Assembly (NCBI RefSeq): GCF_009914755.1
Contig: NC_060934.1
Reading direction: 5' to 3' (one strand)
From: the human T2T-CHM13v2.0 reference genome, Homo sapiens
Length of the DNA stretch: 64,000 bases
Under the pieces are notes generated by a model that worked only from the letters and a program-made list of their open reading frames with translations, was not told where the DNA came from and did no database searches. The number at the start of each line of letters is the position of its first letter. Within the stretch, counting starts at the first letter, position 1. Positions 52,082 to 64,000 of the stretch are shown here, piece after piece. A program made the position numbers and the translations under genes.

Positions 52082-53544
52082 TGACTCAGCCATTTCTGAG
52101 CTATGATTTTGAATGGGTTACTTGTATCAACAATGAGCCAGTACAGCCACCAGCAACAGAGACCCCAAAAACAGTTGTTTAAATACGATCAAGGTGTATT
52201 TTTCTCCCATGTAAAAGCAGTATACAGATGACCAGCCTTGGGCGGCTCCTTCCAGCTCTCTTCTCCACCACCCCTAGGGTGTGTCCCTCATCTTCATGGT
52301 CCCAGGGGGTTGCCAGAACTCCAGCCATCACATCCGTCTCTCAAGCTACAGGATGGAGGAAATGAAACAGGGAACCTCCCCTCCCTTTTAAGGATACCTC
52401 CTGGAAGTGCTTTGCAAACTTCTGCTTTCATCTCACTTCACTGGTCAAAATTTCGTCTCACATGGCTGTGCTTAGCTGCAAAGGAGGCTGGGAAATTTAG
52501 CATTTTTAGCCAGGTAGCATTGTGTCCACCTTAAAAAAAAAAAATCAGTTTCTGTTAATTTGTGAAAGTTAGGGAAGGCATGGCTGTTTAGTCTCTGCCA
52601 GATCACCTCTGTGTGCCTCCATTTCCTCTTTTGGAAGTGCAGGTGGTGATAGTTCATTGTAGAATTATGTGGGCTTCAGTGAAATCATACATGTAAAGTG
52701 CTTAGCCCAATGCCTGACACAGACCAGGTGCTAATCAAATGATAGGTACTAATATTGAGGACCTGGTGCCAAGCTGCGCTCCTGTCACGTGTGTTATCGA
52801 AGCCTCATGACAACCTGGTGAGGCTGAAATTATCCTCCCCATTTTGTAGATGAGAGCACTGAGTTTCAGAGAAGGTAGCTCTGTGTCAGACCACACTCCC
52901 ATGAAAGGGGCATAACAGAGGCACGAACCTCCTTGTCTGCAAGATGCCAAAATTCTTTCCCTTAACCATGGGGCAGTGCAGCCCCCTCATGGAGACTGAA
53001 CTGCTCCCCGAGAGCCTGGCGAATCTGTAGGGCTGAGATGTGACGAGACAGAAACTGAACTTGATTAGCCAACATACAAGCTGACCCAGGCCCAGCGCTC
53101 CCTCTGCCGGCCCAGCCTCCTGCAGGAGAAACCCACCCACCCACCTAAAAAGGGAACAAAGCCAGGACAAAAGAGCCCTTTAGGCTTCCACTGTATCGCC
53201 ACCTACAAACTGGTAGTCAGAAGATTCAGGTGTTTGACTCACTGAATGACCCTGGACCAGCCCCTTTTCTCTGAACACCTCCATTTCTCCATCTGCAAAA
53301 TGGGGATGATGTTACTGTGCCCTCTCCACCTTCTGGGGACGTTTTTAAAACAGTGAGGCCAGAGTGTTTTGGATTCCTTGGGAAGCAAATAAATGAGATA
53401 GGCGGCTCTTCTCTCAGTGGGTTTCTCCAGCCTGCCTTAGGACATTCTGATAACTGGGGTGGGGTGGGCAGAGGAGTCAGGAAACCTAAATGTCAGGGGA
53501 CTGGGAGTGAGGGCTGCTTCTTGGCATGGGTGCTCCTAGCGTAC

Positions 53545-53782
53545 CCCTCCCACCCTGCGCGCCCTCCCACCCTGCGCGCCCTCCCACCCTGCGCGCCCCC
53601 TCCCACCCTGCGCCCCCTCCCACCCTGCGCACCCCCTCCCACCCTGCACGCCCCCTCCCACCCTGCGCCCCCTCCCACCCTGCACGTCCCCTCCCACCCT
53701 GCACGTCCCCTCCCACCCAGCGCGCCCCCTCCCACCCAGCGCGCCCCCTTCCACCCTGCGCGCCTCCTCACACCCTGCGCGC
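53545..53782. repeat. C-rich CpG-containing minisatellite, unit ~17-19 bp (CCCTCCCACCCTGCGCGCC), ~12-13 copies
   Basis: Direct reading of tandem units. Confidence 0.92.
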
Positions 53783-54614
53783 ACACACACAGAACCCAGC
53801 TGCACCATCCCTGCACCATCACGGTGCAGCCCTGGGCTGCGTGGGCCCAGGTGAGTGAGGGGCTGGGCCCGCAGCCTCTGCTGGTCTCACAGATCATGGG
53901 TGATTTATATTTCCCGCGTGGGACTTTGACCTTAATTTCTTCCGGCAGCCTGGGGCTGTAAAATTCATCAGGGACCTGCGGGCGGAGTGACGGAGATGTC
54001 AGGCGAGCAATCGTGTGGGTATTTAATCTATCAGATGTGTGGCTTGCCATTTAGGGAGACAACATGAGAATGTGGAATCAATATGGTTCATTAGTGAGCC
54101 GCATGTGCCAACCCAATCAGCACCCGCCAGTGACAGGCGTGGGGGGTGTCCTGCCAGGCACCAAGTCACCTTGGAGTGAGGACATGTCCCTGGAGCATAG
54201 GCAGTGACCAGCCTCCACCCAGGTACCTCTCTCCACCTTCCCACTAGACTGGGGGCTGCCTGACACCTGCGTATCCCACAGGGCAAGGGAGAGGAGGGAG
54301 GGTGTCAGACTTATGACTTGTGGTGGGGACACTGGGAAGATGCTGTCATGGTAGGAGGCGTCGTTACCAGCCCAGGTTTCGCTGCACCCCCAGGGGGTTG
54401 ACTGGACTGTCTTTGCCCCCTTCTCTCATCTCCTTGGCTCATAATGTCCCACTTAACTGAGCCTCAGACACGGTGTCTGTCCCCACATCTCTCAGGCCCT
54501 TCCCCTTTTCCTTTTCTACCACATCATCCCAACTCGATAACTGGCCCCAGAGAGGGCCCAAGTCCTTTCTGACTGTGAGCTTCTTGCTCCCTTGCCCCTT
54601 CCCTGGGTATCGCC

Positions 54615-55040
54615 TGTATCCGTTTCCTAGGGTGCCACCAGCTGGGCGGCTTAAAACTACAGAAATGTATTCTCCTGCAGCTCTGGAGTCAGAAATCTGA
54701 AATGGAGGGGCTGGCAGGGCTGTCCTTCCTCCTCAGGCTGAGCGGAGAATCCTGCCTGGCCTTTCCCAGCTTCTGGAGGCTCCAGGCGTTCAGGGCCTGT
54801 GGCTGCAGAACTCCAGTCTCTGCATGCGTCTTCTCTGTGCCTTTCCTCTGGATGTCTTTATGAGGACACTTGTCATTGGATTTATGGCCTGCCCAGATAA
54901 CCCAGGATGGTCTCCTCAAAATCTTCCACATAATTATTTTCTCAAAGTCCCCTTTTCCAAATAAGGTCACATTTGTGGGTCCCAGAGGTTGGGACATGGA
55001 TCTATATTTTGGGAGGTCACCATTCAACCCATTACACACC
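54615..55040 (-). mobile_element. MaLR LTR (MLT1B/C/D-like)
   Basis: ggcttaaaac.acagaaatgtattctc...ctggag.cagaaatctgaaat...tttccaaataaggtcacatt...ttcaaccca.taca. Confidence 0.8.
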
Positions 55041-55620
55041 CTTGAAGGTGTCTTAAGTAGTGACAGGGACATGTTGATAAGGACGTGAAGGGCTAGCCAT
55101 GGGGACCTGACAGCTCTTCCAATGCCGGCTTTCGTATTTTCTCTCCGTGCCCCGACCCGTCTCTGAACCACCCACCCCAGACTGCAGCCTCCTTGGGCTT
55201 CTCCCTCAGTTGCCTGCCGGGAATGCCGTCTCCCCTGCATCTCAAGGCCCCACCTCTTCTTCCAGCTGTAGCTCTGCTCTGCCTCCTCCAGGAAGCCCTG
55301 ACTGACTCATGGTCCCTGGACTCCTCTCGGCCCTTGCCTCCCTTGCCACTCCCTGTCTACACCATCCTTGGACTTTTAACCTCTGGCCTTGCTGGGTCTT
55401 TTTTCTTGCCCCGTGTGGGAACTGTGACTTCAGGCATGTTGCTTAACCTCTCTGAGCCTCGCTTTCCTTGTCCATAAAATGAAAGTAGTATTAGTACCTG
55501 TCTCATAGAGTGGGAGTGAAGATTAAATGTGTCAATACATGTGCATTTCTTAGAATAATGCCTGGAACCCAGTAAGGATTAAATCAGTGAGCATTACTAC
55601 TATTTTTGCAGTTATCGTCA

Positions 55621-55854
<234 letters not shown>

Positions 55855-56619
55855 TTACGGACTGGTTGCATGAAGTGCCTTGCACAGTGCCAGGTCCACA
55901 GATGGCACTCAGCAAGGGAATGACCTGTGCCTCTGAGGGGAGCCCAACACCCCTCCTCCAGGCATCTCCCCAGCAAGAGGCCCCAGAGACCACCAGGTGG
56001 TGCCAAGCACTTGGCACAGGCAGACACCGGCCACCCTGACAGCCTTTGACATACCGTAATTGCTTCCCCCACTACGACTTCTTTAAGCCCAGAGCTGCTG
56101 GCCAGAGCAATTTGCTCCCCATCAATTTTTATTTCCAGGTTTTAAAATAAAATAAAGGGAAATAAGGAAGAAGGTTTCGGAGCCCAAGAACACCACCATG
56201 TCTGTGATAACAAACAAGCCGAGGGCCTCACACCTCGAGAGCACCCATCAGCCTCCACCCAGGGCTGGGCCTGGCTTCCCTAGAGCATCCCTCCTGCAGG
56301 GCTTAGCACCACTTCCGCTCCACCTCCACGGACCCGCTGCTGGCACAGGACAGGCAGGTGGGAGGGCTGGCCTGGGAGGAGGCTCAGCAGCAGCATGTTT
56401 GCAGAGGGCTGGACAAAGAGAGCTTGTAGAACTGGAAGTGGAAATAATAATACTAGCTCCACTTAGAAAGCGGCGCCTGTGTGCTGGGCACAGAGCTAAA
56501 GCACCTGTGTGCATTACCTTCCTTAATCCTCACAATAATTCCCTGAGGTGGGTGCTCTCATTACCTCCATTTTACAGATAGGAAAACTGAGGCTCAGAGC
56601 AGATATTACTGTGATTACT

Positions 56620-56790
56620 CCTTCTGTTCTTCCTTTGATCTCCTCCCCCTTCCCCCTCCTCCCTTCTCTCCCCTCTTCCTGCTCCTCCTCCCTTGATCAC
56701 TTCCTTTCTCTCCTTCTCCCTCTCCCCTCCCCATCTTCCTTTATCTCTCCCCCCAGCCCCCATCATCATCTTTCTGATGTCCTTTCCTCC
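56620..56790. repeat. CT-rich low-complexity tract
   Basis: Direct reading. Confidence 0.75.
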
Positions 56791-59179
56791 CTAGAAGTCC
56801 ATCTACTCAGGATTAAGATCCTTAGCTTGTCTGCTAAAAAAAGATCCTCATAAGTCATCAGATATCTCATTTATTCTTTCATCTATTTAGCTGATATTTG
56901 TTAAGGGCTTCCTGTGTGTCAGGCACTGGATGGGTGCTGGGGATCCCTGGGAAACAAGACAGACTCAGTTCCTGCCCTCATAAAGCTTATATTCTAGTGG
57001 TGGGGGGAAGCCCAGTCAACATTCACCCAGGTGCTCTTACCAAAACCATGACTTTCTCCCACCACACCTATCCGCTGGCAAGAACCGTCAGCTCCAGATT
57101 CCAAACATACCTGGAGTCCAGCCACATCCAGCTGGACTTCCCTGACCACCCTGGTCCAAGCCCCCACTGCCTCCCACTACCCCTGTGTGACTGCCTTAAC
57201 TGCCTCATCTCGGAGCCTCTGTTCCTGCCCTGGAGTTGTAGTCAGAGTTTGCTTTTACAAATACAAGTGCTTTGCAAATGTAGATCAGAGTGTGCCCACT
57301 GAGGTCGCAGGGAAGAGAAGGAGCAGCAACCCAGAGATCTGGGGAAGAGTGACTTAGCAGAGGGACCTGTGGGTGCAAAGGGTGTGAGGCTGCAGCCGCT
57401 TGGCCTGTTAGGAGCCTAGTGACTGTCTGAGAGGCAGGAGCAGAGGGCAGTGTGTGGGCGAGGTGAGGAGGCTGCTTGAGGATGGACGCTGGCACAAGGA
57501 CAGCCAGGAGCAGGCACTGCGGAGAAGGCATATGCAGCATGCTGGCCAACCCCAGTGTCTTACCCAACGTCCCACGTGCACGTAGGGCAGAACCCAGGTC
57601 CCACCCCCGAGCTCAGTGGGATTTCCATGACTTTGCACCTGGCCACAAATCCCTTTGGAGGCTTTTTGTGCCTGGTCTTGCACTGCACCCCCCAGGGAGA
57701 AGCACATTTCTCACTCTCAAGGAGCAGAGAGTCCAACAGGATAGCAAAGATGCGTTAACACAAGTTCCACCTGCAACTGGTTGTTGGAAAGACTGATTGA
57801 GAGATATTCTGAGGCTTCCTCTGCAGTCAATGCCGTGATCCATTAGGAATGTCTACCATTGGCACTGGTGATGGAGTGCTGGCTGTCCAGCCCAAGTCCA
57901 CAATGGAACAAAAGGGAGGGAAGGTCCCCTTCCCTTTCTCTGCAGGCCTCACCACTAGTCAGGTCCCCATCCTGTCCTCACTGCTCTCCTGCTTGGTCCC
58001 TCCACCCAACCAGTGCTTTGAGCCTCCAGCCCAGCCCCCCTTCCCAGTAGCACCCTCTTGTTCTACGGCCTCCCACATGCTCAGAAGGCCCAGAGCAGGC
58101 ACGAGAGCCTTTTCCTGTGATCACAGCCCCCCAATATCTCCCCTCCACCCCACCGCTCACTCCCTGGTACCATTGCCAACCCAGGACGTGTACTCTCTTA
58201 TCCGTCACACAAAGTGCAATGGGAGCCATTTTCCTTCGAGCACCCATCATTTCCTTTTCTCCCAGGTGCATGGCCACCCCCAGGAATGCCCATAAAGGCA
58301 CTCAGAGAGCAGCTTCCCACCACACTTCCCCTTTGCCCATCTAACACCCACCATGCTCCCATCCATCCAGCCCTGGCTTCCTTCTCAGATTAAATCACTT
58401 CCTTCTGAGATGAGAGGGGAAAATCAAGGCTCCAAGCATTTTCCTAGAAGTGTGGGGCAGACTGGATGGTATTTGCTGGCCATTGGCTTCTACCTCACAC
58501 GCCAGAGAGAAGCTGGAACCCTTGTCCACAGCACTATGGGAGGGAAGGAAAAAGGGCCTCGGGGGCCCCAGCAGGCATGTGGAGGTCACCCTGGCCTCTG
58601 GGCTACCGGGTTCCTGCAGCAGAGTCCTCCTACCTCCTGCCAGCCACTCCAACCCCCCAGAGCTTACAAGAGTGCAGTTAATCTCACACAGTTTAAGGAC
58701 TTATACAGAGGGGCTCAGTGAATGATGAATGAGGAAAGCATTACCAGCGAAGCACCGGGGCTCCACAGAGCTGTTTAAAAATGCATTCTCCCATGTAAAT
58801 TTCTGCTCCATCAATCCTTATGACATGTCAAACATTGCTATTGTTTCCTGAACAAATTGTGCCGCGTGCCCTTCTCTGCAGATTTGTGCATGAGAGCAGA
58901 ACTCCTCACCGGCACCGGCCGCCTGCCTCTGTTGCTGGGACTCAGGGCTGCTGCGGAGGCAGCTGGGCCTGCCTTGCTTCAGAGCAGAAGCCCCGTGCGG
59001 GGCATTCCTGTGAGTGTGCGTGCGTGACGGGAGTGTGGGCGCTGGTGAGGAGTGATTGAGTGCGTGCCTGCCAGCCTGTGGTCTGCAGGGACAGACACCC
59101 AGGTGTCTAGGGAGGGGGTGTGGAGGAGACCACAGGAGCTGAGACTGGGCTGGAGACAAGTAGGGGTGCTGCTTGAGGC

Positions 59180-59201
59180 AGAGAAAGAGAGAGAGAGAGA
59201 G

Positions 59202-59246
<45 letters not shown>

Positions 59247-59257
59247 ATGTGTGTGTG
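59180..59257. repeat. Compound (GA)n(GT)n microsatellite
   Basis: Direct reading. Confidence 0.9.
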
Positions 59258-59987
59258 AGGGGTGGAGGTGTGGGAGACCTCTGAGTAGAGTCTACCTGAG
59301 CCAGACAGGGAGAGAAAAGGAAAGTTTCTAGAAGAGTGTGCAGGGGGTACAGGATGCAGAAAGTTGTTCGCAGCTGCCTGAAATGCAGAGAGAGGAAGAG
59401 AAAGGGGTTGTGTGTGGTGCGTGCATGTGTTTAAAGAAGTAGGAAGTATGGAGACACAGGAAGAGAGATGACACGAAGACACACAAGGCAGGCAACCTGT
59501 AAGGTGGGGGACCCTGTTCCAGGGCAAATCAATGGAAAAGGGTGAGAGATGATGACTGTTAATTGCAAAGAAAGCCTGGGTAAGAAGGGGTTCTCAGGAA
59601 GGGGACAAAGAGACAGGAGGGCCTGAGCACTGTTGGAATAGCGGGTCCCCAGAGAGTGGGCATAAGATGTTGCGCTGAGCACCAGAGGGCCGGGAGCTGG
59701 GCTGGACATAGAGTTTTGAATGCACAAGATGAAGGGGGACTACATGAGAGGGTGCCATGGGAAAAGCCCCAGGTGGGTCAGGAAGGGCACCTGCAGCCAG
59801 CCAGACTGCCCCATCCTTCCAAGGTGGCCTCAGGTTGGGCCACACAGCTCCCTCCAATCCAGGCCCTAAGCCACCTGCACAGACCAAGACCAAGCCTGGG
59901 ATGGGGTGGAGTCCTTCTTTAAGGGTCTGTGGGAAGCACCTGCTTGGGTATCTGAGGGTCTAGGCTCAGGGGCTGCATCCTGGGAAA

Positions 59988-60055
59988 CCACAGCCAGAGA
60001 CCCCTGCCACCACAGCCAGAGACCCCTGCCACCACAGCCAGAGACCCCTGCCACC
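59988..60055. repeat. Perfect 22-bp tandem repeat x3 (CCACAGCCAGAGACCCCTGCCA)
   Basis: Direct reading. Confidence 0.95.
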
Positions 60056-61259
60056 TTTGCTGGCAGGCATAGCTAGAGTTGCTGGGAGCCCGCTCTTTCC
60101 AAGCAGAACGTAGGGAGCAGAAGCCACCATGGCAAGAAGGGCAAACTGCCTGTGGGGGCCCATCGGTCTTCAACAGGGCGAGGAGGATGACCCTAGTAGG
60201 AGCACCCTGGATCCCATGGCCGAGCTCTCAAGCTCAGACTCAGACTTCTCAGGCTCAGACTTCACTCCCCCAGCCCCACCAAAGGGAGGAGCAAGGGAGG
60301 GGAGGTCTTAAGAGCACACGCCTTGGAGTTAACCATGTTGATTCATGTTCTAGCGCTGTGACTGTTTCACCCTGGCCAAGTCGATTGATCTCTCTTGAGT
60401 CTCTGTCCCCTCCTTCATCTATAAAGTGGGGATACTATGGTGCTGGTCCTATAGGGCTGTTGGGAAGACTGAATGAAATAAAGTGCAGGAAATGCTTGGT
60501 AAATTTGGTGGCACATAGTTAAGTGCTCAAAACGAAATGTCAGAGGGGCACCCTCTTGCCCCTTCCCCTCGCTACAGCCAGGAGAAAGACTGGCATTGCT
60601 GACTCAGGCCTCACCAGTCCAAGCATGTAGCAATTCCCCCACCACAGGCTCCTCCAATCACCTTGTATTAACCTTGGAATTTTTCACCCCCGTATGTATT
60701 TATTTTTTTCCTTTTTGTCAGCAGAAGAAAATTACACTTCTGCCGGCATTGTCCATCACAGAAATAAGCACTTGCAGATGCAATTATAAAGGCCCAAATG
60801 ACAGAATTAGTTTTGCTGGTAATGCCAGCATTGGGGAGAATCAGAAGAAACGCCTTATAAATCAGGCACTAGGGAGCAGCCAGTCTCGGCTGCACCCTCT
60901 CCCCCACATGCTGACTGTAGGGCAGAGGCTGACTGCAAGGACAGTGCTGAGCGCTGAGCGGCCATTGATCTTCACAGGTCTTCCCCTGATGGTTCTGCTG
61001 AGGGAGGCTGATGGGGAGGCAGAGGCTTCCTGAGGCCTTCTCCAGGCCTTGGTGCCAGCAGGTGCCCACCTCTCTCCAGGAGCTACCTGGACTTCTAGGT
61101 GCGCAGCCGATGACTGTCCCATAGACTGGCATACACCTGCCCAAAGACAGCTTCTCCAGGATGAATCTTTCTAAGCCAGCAGCCTCAGTGACCTTCAAGC
61201 CCACTTTCAGCCTTGTTTTCCTCGTAGTTCTTACCATTGCCTGGAATTACATTACTTAG

Positions 61260-61594
<335 letters not shown>

Positions 61595-61687
61595 TCCCCA
61601 TTCTGATTTTAAGTGGCAGTCCAGGTTGTCATGCTTAGGATGTGACTTCACTGTTGGGCACAGCAGCCAGCACATTGGAAAAGCTCA

Positions 61688-62129
<442 letters not shown>

Positions 62130-62798
62130 TTATGCTGGCCCTCCGTGGCTGGCAGTGGAAATCACACATTCTACTAAATTGGGCAGAGAAGTTGAGCCCT
62201 GTATGGGGGTACTACATACGATGCAAAAATGAGTTAGACAAACTTCTTTCCTTCACAGGGAGGAAAGTGGGGCACACACAGACAGTTTTCAGGAATGGCA
62301 GATTCTGCCACATGTTCCAAGAGAGGGATGACGAGGGGCTCCCGGGTCAAGACCAGTGAATGGTTAGGGACTCTAGGAGAGGGGCATTTGGGATGGGCCT
62401 GGGGGGTGGATCAGAGTTTGGAAGGCAGTTACAGAAGGAAAGGATAGAGGAACCAGCAATGAGAGAACAGTCTGGGGTGTACCAGGGAAGAGGTAGATAC
62501 GAGAACACTAAGCCCAACCAGACTGTGGACACTAGGGTTTGGGTCTGAAATTAATTCAGCAGATCATAGGGAGCCATTGAAGGATTTTGGGCAGAGAAGG
62601 ACAATAATTTTAGCTACTGGCCTTGACTTCTTGCCCCTGGGCCTCTTATGAGAGCCTTCACAAGTAGTAAAATGCACTAGTGTGTACCTCTGAGTGCCAG
62701 CCTAGAGCCAGTGGGGAGCCATTAGATGGCAACAGAGACACAGAAACACCAGAGGGAGGAGCCTGGAGCACAGTTGAGGTGCTCACCTGGAGCCCTGA

Positions 62799-63111
<313 letters not shown>

Positions 63112-64000
63112 TTTGGTTTGGCATTTTTTAGGTACAATATGAAAATGGCCAGCTGGGCCATCCCCTTCCCCAATCCCTGTCACCATCTGGCTGGCCTGTG
63201 AGACCCTGGAAGTTACCCTGCAGGGAGACAGAGATGCTCATTCCTAGAACATTGCAGGGAAGGGGGTGTTTGCAGCAGGAAGAGGAAATTTTGTTCTCTA
63301 TACATAGGCCCTTGGCACTCCTCGAACCCTCCTTCCTAAAATGGGCCCCAAGGGTCACTGTCTGTCTGCCACTTTATTTGTCTGTTGGACTTTCAGTTGG
63401 TCAACCACAAACAAGTCTTGCTTGGGAGGAGGTTGTTTAAACGGTGCCATGACAAGCAGATTGGGGCTGGGATAGACTCAGTCGCTGCCCTTGCCTGGAT
63501 AGGGCAGGATGGCAGGTGGGCGGTGGAGCAGCCACAGTGGGTCCTCTCTGGAGTCGGGTCAGCCAGCATCTGGGGGGCTGCTCTGGGAATACGAAGACCA
63601 GCTCCACTCACCAGCTGTGAGATCTTGAGCAAGTCACTTAACACCACTGCGCCTCTCTTTCCTCACTTGCAAAAGTGGGTGGGAGGTAATGACAGTACTT
63701 ACCTGTGGAGTTCTGGTCAAAATTAAATTCATACATTAATATGTGTCATGAGAACGTGGGTGCAGTTGTAGTTATAGGTGACAGAGATAGACGTACCTTT
63801 CTTGAGCTGCCTTTATGTCCAGGCCCTATACTAGGCCCTGGGCACATGTGGACCCCATGACCCCACGCTGCCCTCTGGGAGCCACATCCTGGTTGGGGGA
63901 GACGCACGTTAACCTTAGCTTCAGTGCCTCAGTGTGATCAGGGCTGGGAATACTGAGTGTGCGCAGGGAGGAGCCCTAACTTTGCCTTGGGGGTCAGGGA

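Noticed and set aside
53545-53782. PRDM9 hotspot motif in the VNTR
   Set aside because: On manual check the units do not match CCNCCNTNNCCNC.

Overview
Primate (very probably human) genomic DNA: a 64-kb, mostly intronic slice of the cadherin-23 gene (CDH23; Usher 1D/DFNB12, hair-cell tip-link cadherin), transcribed on the + strand. Five coding exons can be read directly: 7345-7457 (113 nt), 9046-9234 (189 nt), a 6-nt micro-exon at 35696-35701 (AATTTG = Asn-Leu), 37666-37815 (150 nt) and 38295-38453 (159 nt). Together they encode the second half of EC3, all of EC4 and the start of EC5. Two exons read through their donor into an in-frame stop, consistent with short isoforms lacking the transmembrane domain; at 38595-38602 the stop overlaps AATAAA. 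The rest is intron with about 19 Alus, MIR/L2/L1M fragments, MaLR LTRs, MER5 and Tigger-like DNA-transposon relics, microsatellites and two minisatellites. Almost all ORFs in the supplied track are spurious. I found no prokaryote-type system. The most interesting signals are the micro-exon inside a Ca2+-binding loop, the intronic-polyadenylation isoforms, a stop-free circularisable exon block flanked by inverted Alus, and a C-rich VNTR next to a consensus donor and a TF-motif cluster. Gene identity, exon numbers and repeat family names come from recall, not a database search.
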